Below, piece by piece: positions 23,131 through 32,891 of a stretch of 64,000 nt of DNA. This stretch comes from Trueperaceae bacterium (GTDB taxonomy: Bacteria > Deinococcota > Deinococci > Deinococcales > Trueperaceae). Made by a program: the position numbers and the translations under genes. Under the pieces are notes generated by a model. The model was not told the origin of the DNA. It did not search any database and was given only the letters and a program-made list of their open reading frames with translations. Numbering within the stretch: position 1 is the first letter of the stretch; every line of letters starts with the position of its first letter. Where the stretch lies: the NCBI GenBank assembly GCA_965215565.1, contig CBDCDZ010000004.1, positions 2,208,001 through 2,272,000 on the forward strand, given 5' to 3'.

Positions 23131-24387
23131 TTATGTGAGCGCCTTAGCTAGCAGCCCTCCATGCCCGAACGCCGTGCGCGTCAGCGGAAAGCGCACCGCG
23201 CCCGGCGCGCGCGCAAAAAGCCGCGCCATCGTCTCGGCTTGCTCCTTTACGTTGAGCGTCCCCGAGAGGTAGCCCTGCCAGAGCGGGGCGGGGAGTTCGA
23301 AAAAGGCTGCTAAGAAACTTCTAAGCTGCGCTCCGTCCAGCTTGAGCTGCGCCTCTAAGCCGAAGAGGTAGAGCGAGCGTTGACGCACTTTAGGAGCGGA
23401 CCACAAGGTGTTCCAGGCGAGGTTGGAGACGCCCACTACGTCCCCCCTTCCCAACGCTTGCGCGACGGTTTTCGCAAGCTTCGGCGCTGTGTTCAAAACC
23501 GACGCCATCATGTACCCCGACGCCGGGTGCACCATGCTCGCCGCGCCGCCGAAACCCACCACGCGCTGAGAAAGGTCGGGCAGGGGTAAACCCATCGGAA
23601 AGAGGCAGCGCTCGACTTCGGTAGTCTCTTTAACGGTGACGCCGCGATGCGCCAAGCGGCGGTAGAGGCGTTCTCGTAGCACGTCTAAAGACATACCAGG
23701 ACGGCGCACTAGCGAGGTCTCCTCCACGAAGTAAAGCCCGCCGCCCAAGTCCATCGCGTAGAGGAAGGTGGGCTCTTTGCGCTCCGCGTGACTTAGGTGC
23801 GCGTCGCGGAAGTCCATCAGCACCATCTGACCTACGGGAGTGGGTGGGCTCGAGAAGTACCCCGTGACCCCGTACGCCGCTTGGAAGGCGATGGGTTGGG
23901 CTTTCGGACGCTTGATGAGAGCGGGGAAGTGTCCGCTCGTGTCTACGACGAGCCGAGCGCGGTGGTAGGAGCCGTCCTCACATCGAACCTCGGAATAGGT
24001 TGAGGCGTGCGTTACATCAGCAGCGTGACCTCTAAGAAGCCGCATGGTGCCGCGTTCACAGCGCTCCAGCGTCAGCGCTTGAAGCTTAGCGTTGTCGAGG
24101 CGTCCGTAGATGCGCCCTAGTCCAACCTCTTGCTCGCCCTCAGGTCCGACGTAGACGAGAGGCGCAGACCAGCGTTGGGTGAAGAGGTCCGAGGGGAGGT
24201 CCAACGGGGCAACCTCATCGGTCCAAACGCCGTACGAGTTAGGCCAAGGGATGATACCTTCGGGCGCTAAACAGGCGACGCTCAAGCCTAAGTCGCAAAG
24301 CTCCGCCGCGAGCAGCAAGCCCGACGGACCTGCGCCTACAATGAGTACATCGTGTATTGGTAGTGGTTCTGAGTCGAATCCTGCCAT
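23131..24387 (-). CDS. Lycopene cyclase (CrtL-type)
   Basis: IVGAGPSG, YGVW.DE, LMDFR, PTFLYAM, FVEETSL, ASMVHPASGY. Confidence 0.88.
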   Translation of the reverse strand: MAGFDSEPLPIHDVLIVGAGPSGLLLAAELCDLGLSVACLAPEGIIPWPNSYGVWTDEVAPLDLPSDLFTQRWSAPLVYVGPEGEQEVGLGRIYGRLDNAKLQALTLERCERGTMRLLRGHAADVTHASTYSEVRCEDGSYHRARLVVDTSGHFPALIKRPKAQPIAFQAAYGVTGYFSSPPTPVGQMVLMDFRDAHLSHAERKEPTFLYAMDLGGGLYFVEETSLVRRPGMSLDVLRERLYRRLAHRGVTVKETTEVERCLFPMGLPLPDLSQRVVGFGGAASMVHPASGYMMASVLNTAPKLAKTVAQALGRGDVVGVSNLAWNTLWSAPKVRQRSLYLFGLEAQLKLDGAQLRSFLAAFFELPAPLWQGYLSGTLNVKEQAETMARLFARAPGAVRFPLTRTAFGHGGLLAKALT

Positions 24388-24508
24388 ATGCTCCTTCTAC
24401 TATCTCTACACAGTAAATAAAAGGGGTGAACAAGGGGTTGAAACTCCTCGCTTCAACATCAGTGTCATCTCGGATAAAGCTACTATCCTCGTATCTTCTG
24501 GTCAGCGT

Positions 24509-25681
24509 TCAATAGCGCTCATCCACCACTAAGTCGCCCTCTACCTCGTCCTCCACGTGAATCTCGTTCATGCCGACGCCCAACGCGCTGCGGATGCGCT
24601 CCGCGAGTTCGAACGTGTTGGTGTTCGGGTCGCCCTCTATGTGCAGCGAGGCGATGTCCGTCCCCTCGGGACCGCGCTTCACGCGCAGTTGGTACTTGCG
24701 GAAGTTGAGCCCTTCGGTGGCGGCGAGCAAGAACAGCAACTCGCGCGGGTAGACCTTGACTCCTTTGAGCTTGACCATCGTGTCGGTGCGCCCGAAAACG
24801 CCTCTAGGCAACCTGTTGTCCGCGCCCTTGAGCGTGAGGTCACCCGTCATAAAGCGCAGCATGGGCATACCCTCGCGGGTCAAGCTCGTTACCACGACTT
24901 CGCCCTTTTCGCCCTCTGAGACGGGCATCAAGGTCTGCGGGTCCAACACCTCGACGATCGCCGCCTCGGGGACTAAGTGCATTCCGTCTCGAGCCGACGT
25001 TTCCGCCGCGATGACGCCCGTCTCACTGAGCCCGTAGGCGTCATACGCCGTGCAGCCCAAGCTCGCCTCCACCTCTTCGCGCAGACCCGGCACGGCGCTG
25101 AAGGGCTCACCCGCTGCCAAGAGCGTCTCGAAACGCCCGCCCACCGCGCCAATTTTACGCGCGAAACTCGGGTTCGAGACGAGCACGCCGAAGCCATACG
25201 TCCGCGCGATGTCCACGACGTTGTCGGCGTCGCTAGGTCCAAGCGCGAGGACGGTCGCGCCCAAAGAAGTCAGCCCCTCGTGGAAGAGCCAGCCGCCCGC
25301 GAGCATATGATAGCTGAAGACGACCAAGCAGCGGTCTTTGGGCGTGAGACCGCACCGCTCGAGTTGCTTTTGCACAGCGTCGGCTTGCCACCTGATGTCC
25401 TGCGCGGTGAGGTACTCGGGCATCTTGCCGCGCAACGCCGGAATGGGCGCGGGCGTGAGGTGCATCTGGACGATGTCATCTGCTAAGAAGCCACCATGCG
25501 GGTCGTCGTGTGGCGCGTGCGCCTCGAAGTGCTCCGTGAGGTTGTCTCTCGTGACGAAGGGCAGCGCGCTCACGTCGTCGGCGCTCAGCGCGTCCGGGTC
25601 CACGTCGCGCAGCCGCTCCGCGTAGAAGGGGAGCGTTTTGGCTCGAGAGACGATGTGGCGAAGCCGGGCGGTTCTGTCCAT
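24509..25681 (-). CDS. Phenylacetate--CoA ligase family protein
   Basis: YDAYGLSE, GEVVVTSL...MPMLRFMTGD, GRTDTMVKLKGVKVYP. Confidence 0.8.
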   Translation of the reverse strand: MDRTARLRHIVSRAKTLPFYAERLRDVDPDALSADDVSALPFVTRDNLTEHFEAHAPHDDPHGGFLADDIVQMHLTPAPIPALRGKMPEYLTAQDIRWQADAVQKQLERCGLTPKDRCLVVFSYHMLAGGWLFHEGLTSLGATVLALGPSDADNVVDIARTYGFGVLVSNPSFARKIGAVGGRFETLLAAGEPFSAVPGLREEVEASLGCTAYDAYGLSETGVIAAETSARDGMHLVPEAAIVEVLDPQTLMPVSEGEKGEVVVTSLTREGMPMLRFMTGDLTLKGADNRLPRGVFGRTDTMVKLKGVKVYPRELLFLLAATEGLNFRKYQLRVKRGPEGTDIASLHIEGDPNTNTFELAERIRSALGVGMNEIHVEDEVEGDLVVDERY

Positions 25682-25836
25682 GAAACTCCTTGTTATTGTT
25701 TAGCGGTGTACCACGTTTTGTGTATAGAGCTACGCGCAGTCCTTGAGAGGGATTACTTGCGCGTTCACTGGCGCACAAAACGGGATACCTTGTTTTCCTT
25801 CCTGCAAGTCATGTCGGTTTTACTATACCTCTCCTG

Positions 25837-26616
25837 CTAAGCCACAACTCGAGTCCCCGCCTCGCCCGCTAGCGCGCGCCCTAACGTCCCCGGCACCCGT
25901 CCATCCGCAATCACCGCGAAGCTCGCACCTTGCTCCAGCGCCTCTAGCGCCGCCTCGACTTTGGGAATCATGCCGCCCGTGATGCGCCCATCCACGATGC
26001 GCGCTCGGACCTCTCGCCTGGAGAGTTCGCTGAGGAGGCTCTCAGGGTTTTCGGGCTGGTCCAGAACGCCGGGAATGTTGCTCAGGAAAACCACCGGAGC
26101 CCCGAACGCGCCCGCCACCGCGCCCGCCACGCTGTCAGCGTTGACGTTGAGACTATCCGGGAGTACATTCGCATCTTTTGTCCGAGCGATACAAGCAACC
26201 ACGGGCGTGAGCGGCAAATCGAGGAGTTGACGCAATACCTCTTGATTCACTCTGACCACCTTGCCGACGTGACCCAGTGCGGCGTCCAGAGGTTCGGCGA
26301 TCAGGAGTTCGGCGTCTCTTCCCGTCAGCCCTACCGCGCCGCCTATCTCCTGCGCCAAGACCTTGCCGAGTTGAGTCAAGACGCTCTCGATAACGGGGAG
26401 GCTCAGGTCATCCGTCACCCTCAGCCCGCGCACGAACGCACTGGCGATCTTCGCCTCAGCGAGCGCCTCACCGATAAAAGGACCGCCGCCGTGTACGACG
26501 ATAGGCGCGCGGGTCTCTCGCAACTTCGCAATGTCCGCCGCAACGCGCCTACGCAGAAGAGGTTCGGTCATGGCGTTGCCGCCGTATTTGATAACGATGG
26601 GAGAGAGGGTAGGCAT
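25837..26616 (-). CDS. argB: Acetylglutamate kinase (a LysZ role is not excluded)
   Basis: VIKYGGNAM, VHGGGP, GLRVTD, NVNAD, GGMIPKV. Confidence 0.85.
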   Translation of the reverse strand: MPTLSPIVIKYGGNAMTEPLLRRRVAADIAKLRETRAPIVVHGGGPFIGEALAEAKIASAFVRGLRVTDDLSLPVIESVLTQLGKVLAQEIGGAVGLTGRDAELLIAEPLDAALGHVGKVVRVNQEVLRQLLDLPLTPVVACIARTKDANVLPDSLNVNADSVAGAVAGAFGAPVVFLSNIPGVLDQPENPESLLSELSRREVRARIVDGRITGGMIPKVEAALEALEQGASFAVIADGRVPGTLGRALAGEAGTRVVA

Positions 26617-26790
26617 GAAGTCATTTTATCTGTGTTGGGAGAGGAAGCCATATTCACGAAGGAAGTAGATAGTAATCAGGTATCAGTGGTCAGCGCAAAA
26701 GCTCCCTGATTAATGAACTACTGACCCCTATTTTTTCCCTTTTCGCCGCGCCGCACTCTGCTATGCTAGCGAGGATTTTGGGAGGCATTT

Positions 26791-28236
26791 GTGGAAGACA
26801 CGCATGAAGACACGTACACAGACAAACTCACCTTCGGCACGGACGGCTGGCGCGACATTATCGGCGATATTTTTACCTTTAAGAACGTCTCGAGAGTCGC
26901 CCAAGCGTACGCCGAACACCTCTTGGAGAAGGGCACCCCGAGCGTCGTCATCGGCTACGACACGCGCTTTAACGGTGCACGTTTTGCCAACCTCGTCGCG
27001 GAGACGATGGCGGCGAACGGCGTCGCGGTTAAGATTGCCGCTGCGCCCTTGCCGACGCCCGCGCTCTCGCTCGCGGCGGTGCACTTCGGCGCGGGTGGCG
27101 GCGTGATGCTGACCGCCTCGCACAACCCGCCCGCTTACAACGGCTTCAAGATCAAGGGACCTTATGGTGGCACGGCGACGCCCGACATCTACGAGGACGT
27201 CGCCTCGAGAACGAGCCGCATCACCAGGGGTGACGTAAAGGCGTTCGACGCGAAAACGCACAGCTTTGAAACGTTCGATATCAGGGACGCTTATTTCGAC
27301 AAGCTCGCCGAACTCGTGGACGTTGACGTTCTTAAAAACGCCTCGGGCAGCCTCGTTCATGACGCGATGGGCGGCGCGGCGGCGGGCTGGCTAAAGGGAT
27401 TTTTAGAGCGCGCAGGCTCACCGCTCGAGGTGGAAGAGGTCCGCAGCGAGCCCACGCCGATGTTCTACGGTGTCAACCCCGAACCGATGCCGCAGAACTT
27501 AGAGACCACGGTGGCGCACATGCAACGCTCGGACGCCCACTTCGCCGCCGTGACCGATGGCGACGGGGACCGTTTAGGGCTCGTCTTGCCGGGCGGCGAC
27601 TATTTCAACGCGCACCAAATCTTCGCTGTGCTTCTCAGTCTCATGAACGAAAAGGGCTACTCGGGGCGCGTCATCAAGACCTTTAACGTTTCGCGCCTCG
27701 TCGAGCGGCTCGCGGCTAAGCGGGACATCCCGGTTTCAGAAACGCCCATCGGCTTCAAGTACATCGTCGCGGCGATGTTGGAAGGGGACGTGCTCATCGG
27801 CGGCGAGGAGTCGGGCGGCATCGGCGTGACGGGCTACTTGCCCGAGCGCGACGGGGTGGCGAACAGCCTCTTGATGTTGGAGGCCGTTCTCAAGTCGGGC
27901 AAGAGCGTCGCAGACCTCTTCGCCGCGTTGGAGGACGAGACCGACTGGCAGCACGCCTATGACCGCCTGGACGTTCATCTGAGCGGCGGTGAGTTGAAAG
28001 ACGCGGTGATGCGTTCGCTGGACAACCCGCCGGGTGAATTCGCGGAGCGAGAGGTTGAATCTGTCGAAACCTTGGACGGCGTCAAGCTCAACCTGAGCGG
28101 TAACGCCTGGATTCTCTTTCGCCCGAGCGGGACCGAGCCCGTGTTGCGCGTCTACTGCGAAGCGCCGAGCGCGGAAGAGGTCGAGATGATTTTAGACGCG
28201 GCCCAGGGGTGGGTGTCGGCGCAGGAGTCTAGCTGA
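26791..28236 (+). CDS. Phosphoglucomutase/phosphomannomutase family protein
   Basis: FGTDGWR, TASHNP, DGDGDR, GGEESGG, RPSGTEP. Confidence 0.93.
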   Translation: MEDTHEDTYTDKLTFGTDGWRDIIGDIFTFKNVSRVAQAYAEHLLEKGTPSVVIGYDTRFNGARFANLVAETMAANGVAVKIAAAPLPTPALSLAAVHFGAGGGVMLTASHNPPAYNGFKIKGPYGGTATPDIYEDVASRTSRITRGDVKAFDAKTHSFETFDIRDAYFDKLAELVDVDVLKNASGSLVHDAMGGAAAGWLKGFLERAGSPLEVEEVRSEPTPMFYGVNPEPMPQNLETTVAHMQRSDAHFAAVTDGDGDRLGLVLPGGDYFNAHQIFAVLLSLMNEKGYSGRVIKTFNVSRLVERLAAKRDIPVSETPIGFKYIVAAMLEGDVLIGGEESGGIGVTGYLPERDGVANSLLMLEAVLKSGKSVADLFAALEDETDWQHAYDRLDVHLSGGELKDAVMRSLDNPPGEFAEREVESVETLDGVKLNLSGNAWILFRPSGTEPVLRVYCEAPSAEEVEMILDAAQGWVSAQESS

Positions 28237-28421
28237 GCCGGGTCGGTCACGCTCCTACGCGCTCAGGTGGCGTCGCTCTTCATCAACCCTTCACACCTCT
28301 TCTTCAACCCTTTATCCTCTCTTCCTCGACCCTTCACGCACGCCGAGCACACTGCCGACATAGGTAGCGAGCACTGCTGAACGCACGCACTAGAGCAGCG
28401 CTGCCGAGAGAGGAAGGTGCC

Positions 28422-28805
28422 ATGAAACGTCCATTCGTACTTCTCACAGGGTTGATGCTCATAGCTGGTCTGGTAGGGGCGCAAGAGGCGAGCACGGAGG
28501 CGGAGAGCGAGGCAAGCAGCACCTACAACGTCGCCTTTTACGATGGTGACCCGGCAGGTAACGGCGAGAAAATCATGACCGAAGAGGTGTCGGCACATTC
28601 GGTAGCGGCGCGCAACGAGGATTTGGAGGATGCCGAATACGTCACTATCAGTCATGGCGCTCAGAGCTACACCTTCGAGGTTGCTAGTGCAGGCGCGAGC
28701 CGCAACTCGGTCTTTTTGGACCTCTCGGGCGATGACCTCTCGGTGAACGAACTGCTCGCTAAGCAAAGCAGTAATCTGAATGCGCTGGAGCGTTACAGTA
28801 ATTGA
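28422..28805 (+). CDS. Hypothetical secreted acidic protein
   Basis: Signal-peptide-like N-terminus ending VGA-Q; GGAAGG upstream. Confidence 0.65.
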   Translation: MKRPFVLLTGLMLIAGLVGAQEASTEAESEASSTYNVAFYDGDPAGNGEKIMTEEVSAHSVAARNEDLEDAEYVTISHGAQSYTFEVASAGASRNSVFLDLSGDDLSVNELLAKQSSNLNALERYSN

Positions 28806-28931
28806 AGGAGGAGTTCTCGACTTATTGCCCTTAGCTCGCCCGGGGAAGCGCTGGCTGAGTAGGTAGGGAAATTTGTAGGTTTCTCGAGCGTGCTCAACCG
28901 ACACTGAACACAACGCACTAAAATACTGTTG

Positions 28932-28959
28932 AAAGACCTCTTCATGGAGGTCTTTTTTT
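28932..28959 (+). terminator. Intrinsic terminator
   Basis: AAAGACCTC-6nt-GAGGTCTTT plus T-run. Confidence 0.75.
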
Positions 28960-29138
28960 AGGACTCAAATCCGGTTGTGAGGACCTTCACAAACCTCACC
29001 GCTGCATACGTTCTCGCGGGCTAAGGCGCGGTATTCTTTGGTACGCAGCAAAGATTGAGTCGCTGCGTCCTGCTCAAACAGCTACGCCAAAATAGAGATA
29101 AAAAGCGTGGAATTGCGCACTCGGTTCCGTGCACAGAT

Positions 29139-29180
29139 TGTTAAACTTCTTTAACAGTTAAGGCTTTGCAGAATCTTAAC
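29139..29180. promoter_or_regulatory. Candidate MarR operator palindromes
   Basis: TGTTAAA-CTTC-TTTAACA (29139-29156) and GTTAAG...CTTAAC (29157-29180) upstream of the MarR gene. Confidence 0.5.
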
Positions 29181-29230
29181 AAAAGGTAAACATGTTCTTT
29201 GCAGCATCCCTCGATACTTAACGCTATGAA

Positions 29231-29752
29231 ATGGACCCTTATGAAACGGACCCTGGTGACATGGACATGCCGATGACGGCGATGAACGACTATTTAAGCA
29301 AACCTATAGAGAATGTGGAGCGCGCGGACGAAGGGCTCGAAGAGCTATTCGAGCGCGTCCAGCAGAACTCGTTCGCGCTGATGTGGACCTTTAAGCGTCA
29401 CATGGACGAGACGTTTCGCGCGCTCGAGCTTAAACCCTTCGAGGTCTTAGCGCTCGAGCTGCTCACGAAGGACGCGCGCTATCCTAAAGACTTGGCGGAG
29501 GCTTTGGACGCCGCGCCACCTGTCATCTCAGCGCTCCTGCGAGGTCTGGAGGCGCGGGGGCTGCTCGAGCGTCACCTTGACCCAGCGGACCACCGCCGCG
29601 TCTTCTTAGTCTTGACGGATGCGGGGCGAGACGTGCACGCGCAAGCGAAGCGCACCTGGCGCGCTTCGCAGCGTGAGCGCTTAGCGCGGCTCAGCCTCGA
29701 GCAGTTGCGCGCACTGGCGCAGATTCAGCGCGCGCTGTTGGAGGAGCGGTGA
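29231..29752 (+). CDS. MarR family transcriptional regulator
   Basis: LE.RGLLER..DPADHRRVFL.LTDAG. Confidence 0.88.
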   Translation: MDPYETDPGDMDMPMTAMNDYLSKPIENVERADEGLEELFERVQQNSFALMWTFKRHMDETFRALELKPFEVLALELLTKDARYPKDLAEALDAAPPVISALLRGLEARGLLERHLDPADHRRVFLVLTDAGRDVHAQAKRTWRASQRERLARLSLEQLRALAQIQRALLEER

Positions 29753-31605
29753 GGTTCCTCCACGTTGCGCTGCTCTCGCTAGTTTTAGGAAGTCTACCAC
29801 TTGGTCACGTTCAGGAGACGCAAGCACCCGAGGAAACACAGGAGCAGGCGAGCCAGACCTCATTAGAGGCGCAACGCGCCGAACTGAGCGCCCGCGAGAA
29901 TGTTCTGGCGGAAGCGCGCGCCGCTTTAGAGCCCCAAAGAGCGGAGGTGAGGCGGCGGCGCGCCCTACTGAATCAGCAGCTCGCCGCGCTAGACGCGCAG
30001 GAGATGGCGCTGCAACTCTTAGAGGAGACCCTAGCCGAGCAGGAGAACGTCTCGGCGGCGCAGCGTGAAGCCGCCGAGTTGCAGCGTCAAGCCCTCGAAG
30101 CACAGCGGGCTGCGTTGGCGAATCAGATCGAAGAGGTCGAAGCGTTGGAGGCGGACCTCGCAGCGCGAGAGGAACAACTCGCGGCGCAAGAAGCTGAGTT
30201 GCAAGGGCTCCGTGACGAGGTGGCGCAAGCGGAAGAGGCGGCGGCGCGGTGGCGCGAAGCGGCGCAGGAGGCGCAGCGCGAACTGCTCGAGTCCCTGCTC
30301 GTCACGTTGGAGAGCAACCCGCGCTACCTCGCTGCGCAAGCCGCAGTCGAGGCGGCTGAGGCGCAGCTAAGCGCAGCGTATAACCCCGCGTCCTTGACGG
30401 TGGAGGGAAGCTATACGAACGTTGACGCCGACGATATTCCCCAAGCTCCCGGCGGGGCGACGCCGCAACTTCAGCAGATGCAACCCGAACCAGAGCCCGG
30501 ACAAGAACAGCCCGGTGGCGGGTCAGCAAGCAACTCGTACGACCTCTCCGCCACTGCGACGTTTCGCCCTTTTCCCTTCGGCGACACCGCCGACTTAGTG
30601 CGTCAGCAGGAGTTGGCGCTGGAGAACGCGGTGCTCGACTTTCGCGAGACGGTAGCGAGCTTGCAAGGGCAAGCGTTGGAGTCCGCCTTGCAGTTCCGGT
30701 TAGCGCGCCAGTCCGTCGATTTAGCGGATAACACTTTGGAGGCGGCGCGTTCGGCTTTGGAGGCGACGCAGACGCGCGCCGAGCGGGGCGCGGCGAACGC
30801 GCGCGAGTTGCGAGACGCTGAGGCGAACTTTCAGGAGTCGGAGAACTTCTTTGAGAACGCGCAGGCGAACTTAGAACTTGCCCGCTTGAGCTTACGCACG
30901 CTCGATTTGGAGAACTTTACGGTGGCGCTCAGCGCCGCCTCGGACGAAGACATCGACGCACTGCTCGCGCTGCCGCGCGTTTCGGAAGGATTACCGCTGT
31001 CGGTCTTACGCTCGAGGGTCTCCTCCGCACAAGCCGCCATCGGCGTAGGGTCAGCGCAGCGCGACCTCATCCCCACCGCGCAAGCCTCGTACAGCTATAA
31101 CTTGGACGACCGAAGCTCCCTAAGCGCCTCCCTCGAGTCGCGCACGCTGCAACCGAGCGTGAGCTACAGCTATCAGGACCCCGAACGTTCGCTGCCCGAA
31201 AGCGCCGTCAACGGCGTGTTCCGTGCCAGTATCTCGGCGAGCATCTCGTTTGGCGTGTTCGACGAAATCAGCGCGGCGCAGGCGCAGCGGCGTTCGGCTG
31301 AGGCGGGCATCGTAGCGGCGCAGGAGAACGCGGAGCTGCAACTCGTCTCGCTCACCAACGCGCTGAACGAGGCGGAGCGCACAGTGGACTTAGAGCGCAT
31401 CCAGTTCCGCAACGCGCAACGCGCCTTTGAAGAGAACCGGCAGCGCCAGGAGCTAGGGCTCATCACGCCTCTAGAGACGCAGCAGGCGTTGGTCGAACTG
31501 CTCCAAGCCGACATCGAACTGCGCCAAGCGCGTTTTAGCGCCCTACAAGCGCTTTTAGACCTTTACGAATTCTACGCCCTGCCCCCCTCGGAGGTGCTGC
31601 TATGA
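29749..31605 (+). CDS. TolC family protein with long N-terminal coiled coil
   Basis: Outer-membrane-efflux-type helical repeats; operon with MFP and RND genes. Confidence 0.7.
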   Translation: MRFLHVALLSLVLGSLPLGHVQETQAPEETQEQASQTSLEAQRAELSARENVLAEARAALEPQRAEVRRRRALLNQQLAALDAQEMALQLLEETLAEQENVSAAQREAAELQRQALEAQRAALANQIEEVEALEADLAAREEQLAAQEAELQGLRDEVAQAEEAAARWREAAQEAQRELLESLLVTLESNPRYLAAQAAVEAAEAQLSAAYNPASLTVEGSYTNVDADDIPQAPGGATPQLQQMQPEPEPGQEQPGGGSASNSYDLSATATFRPFPFGDTADLVRQQELALENAVLDFRETVASLQGQALESALQFRLARQSVDLADNTLEAARSALEATQTRAERGAANARELRDAEANFQESENFFENAQANLELARLSLRTLDLENFTVALSAASDEDIDALLALPRVSEGLPLSVLRSRVSSAQAAIGVGSAQRDLIPTAQASYSYNLDDRSSLSASLESRTLQPSVSYSYQDPERSLPESAVNGVFRASISASISFGVFDEISAAQAQRRSAEAGIVAAQENAELQLVSLTNALNEAERTVDLERIQFRNAQRAFEENRQRQELGLITPLETQQALVELLQADIELRQARFSALQALLDLYEFYALPPSEVLL

Positions 31606-32891
31606 CGGCTACATCTATGATGCGCGCAAGCCTCCTCTTGCTCGCCCTCGGCTTGTCCTTCGCGCAGGCGCTCACTTTGGAGGAGGCGCTCTCTAGCGCC
31701 TCGGAGCGCCCCGCCGTCGCCACCGCCCGCATCGAACTGCGTGACGCGATCATCAACTCAGAGCGGACCCAGGAAGACCCCTTAGCGGTGAGAAGTGACA
31801 CTTTGCAAGCGGAGCAGCGCTTAGAACTCGCTAGAGCGAGCTTCATCCAGACCTACTACACCGCGCTGCAAGAGATCGCTTCGGCGTACACGGGCGTGCT
31901 GCAAGGGCAGAAAAGCGTCGCGGTGGCTCAAAAAGCGGCGGCGGTGAGCGAGAATTCGCTGGAGATTGCCCAAATTCGCGTGAACAACGGTAGCGGCACC
32001 CAGCTCGACTTAGAGGAGGCGCGCACCAGCTTGAGCGAGGCGCAAAACGGGGTGCGCTCGGCGCGTGACAACCTCACCGTGGGGCTCAACAACTTGGAGA
32101 CGATTTTAGATAGAGAACTCGAGCCGAGCGACTTAGAACCCATTCCCGACGACTACCTCGTACAGATTCCGGTTCTACCCACCGTGCTCCAAGCGGCTGA
32201 GGATCACCCGACGGTGGTGCAAGCGGAGCAGGGGCTCGAGCTGTCACAACTCAATACGGAACTGCTCGATCCCTCCTACGCCTCGCGCTCGCAGATCGAC
32301 AGCGCCGGGACGGGCTTGACGAACGCCCGAGAAGGGCTCCAGGAGACCGAGCGCAGCTTCCGCATCCAGGCGCGCAACCTCTATAACGCGGCGGAGAGCG
32401 CTCAGGAGACCTATCAGGTGCAGAGAGAGGCGCTGCGCAACGCCGACGAGCGGCTCGAGACCCAGCGTCAGCGTTTCGAGGGCGGACTCATCGCCCGCAT
32501 CGAGCTGAGCCAGGCGGAGCTGTCCAACCTGCAAGCGGAGTTGCAAGCCTTGCAAGCCCGCTACGGCTACCTGACCTCTTTGCTGGACTTACAAGCAGGC
32601 ACGATGGTCGCGTTGCCCGGTCCCGAAGCGCTCGACGCCCCGCCAACCGAGCCCATCGAAGCCGAGGCGAGCTTCGCGGCGGCGCAGGGTGCGACGGGGA
32701 GCGCGCCGCCCGAGGACGGTTCAGCGCCCGGCTCGAGTTCGAGCAGTTCGGATACTAGCGGCTCAGCACAAGGTAGCGAAGTGCCGAGCCCAACAGATAG
32801 CGAAGGTGAGTCCGCGGGTGAAGCGACTGGCGAAACGTCAGGTAGTGCGCCTGGTGGAGAGACCGGCGGCTCACAAGGAGGAAATCCGTGA
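31602..32891 (+). CDS. TolC family protein with Ser/Gly-rich tail
   Basis: Signal peptide, LTLEEAL, RFEGGLIARIEL repeat. Confidence 0.75.
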   Translation: MTATSMMRASLLLLALGLSFAQALTLEEALSSASERPAVATARIELRDAIINSERTQEDPLAVRSDTLQAEQRLELARASFIQTYYTALQEIASAYTGVLQGQKSVAVAQKAAAVSENSLEIAQIRVNNGSGTQLDLEEARTSLSEAQNGVRSARDNLTVGLNNLETILDRELEPSDLEPIPDDYLVQIPVLPTVLQAAEDHPTVVQAEQGLELSQLNTELLDPSYASRSQIDSAGTGLTNAREGLQETERSFRIQARNLYNAAESAQETYQVQREALRNADERLETQRQRFEGGLIARIELSQAELSNLQAELQALQARYGYLTSLLDLQAGTMVALPGPEALDAPPTEPIEAEASFAAAQGATGSAPPEDGSAPGSSSSSSDTSGSAQGSEVPSPTDSEGESAGEATGETSGSAPGGETGGSQGGNP

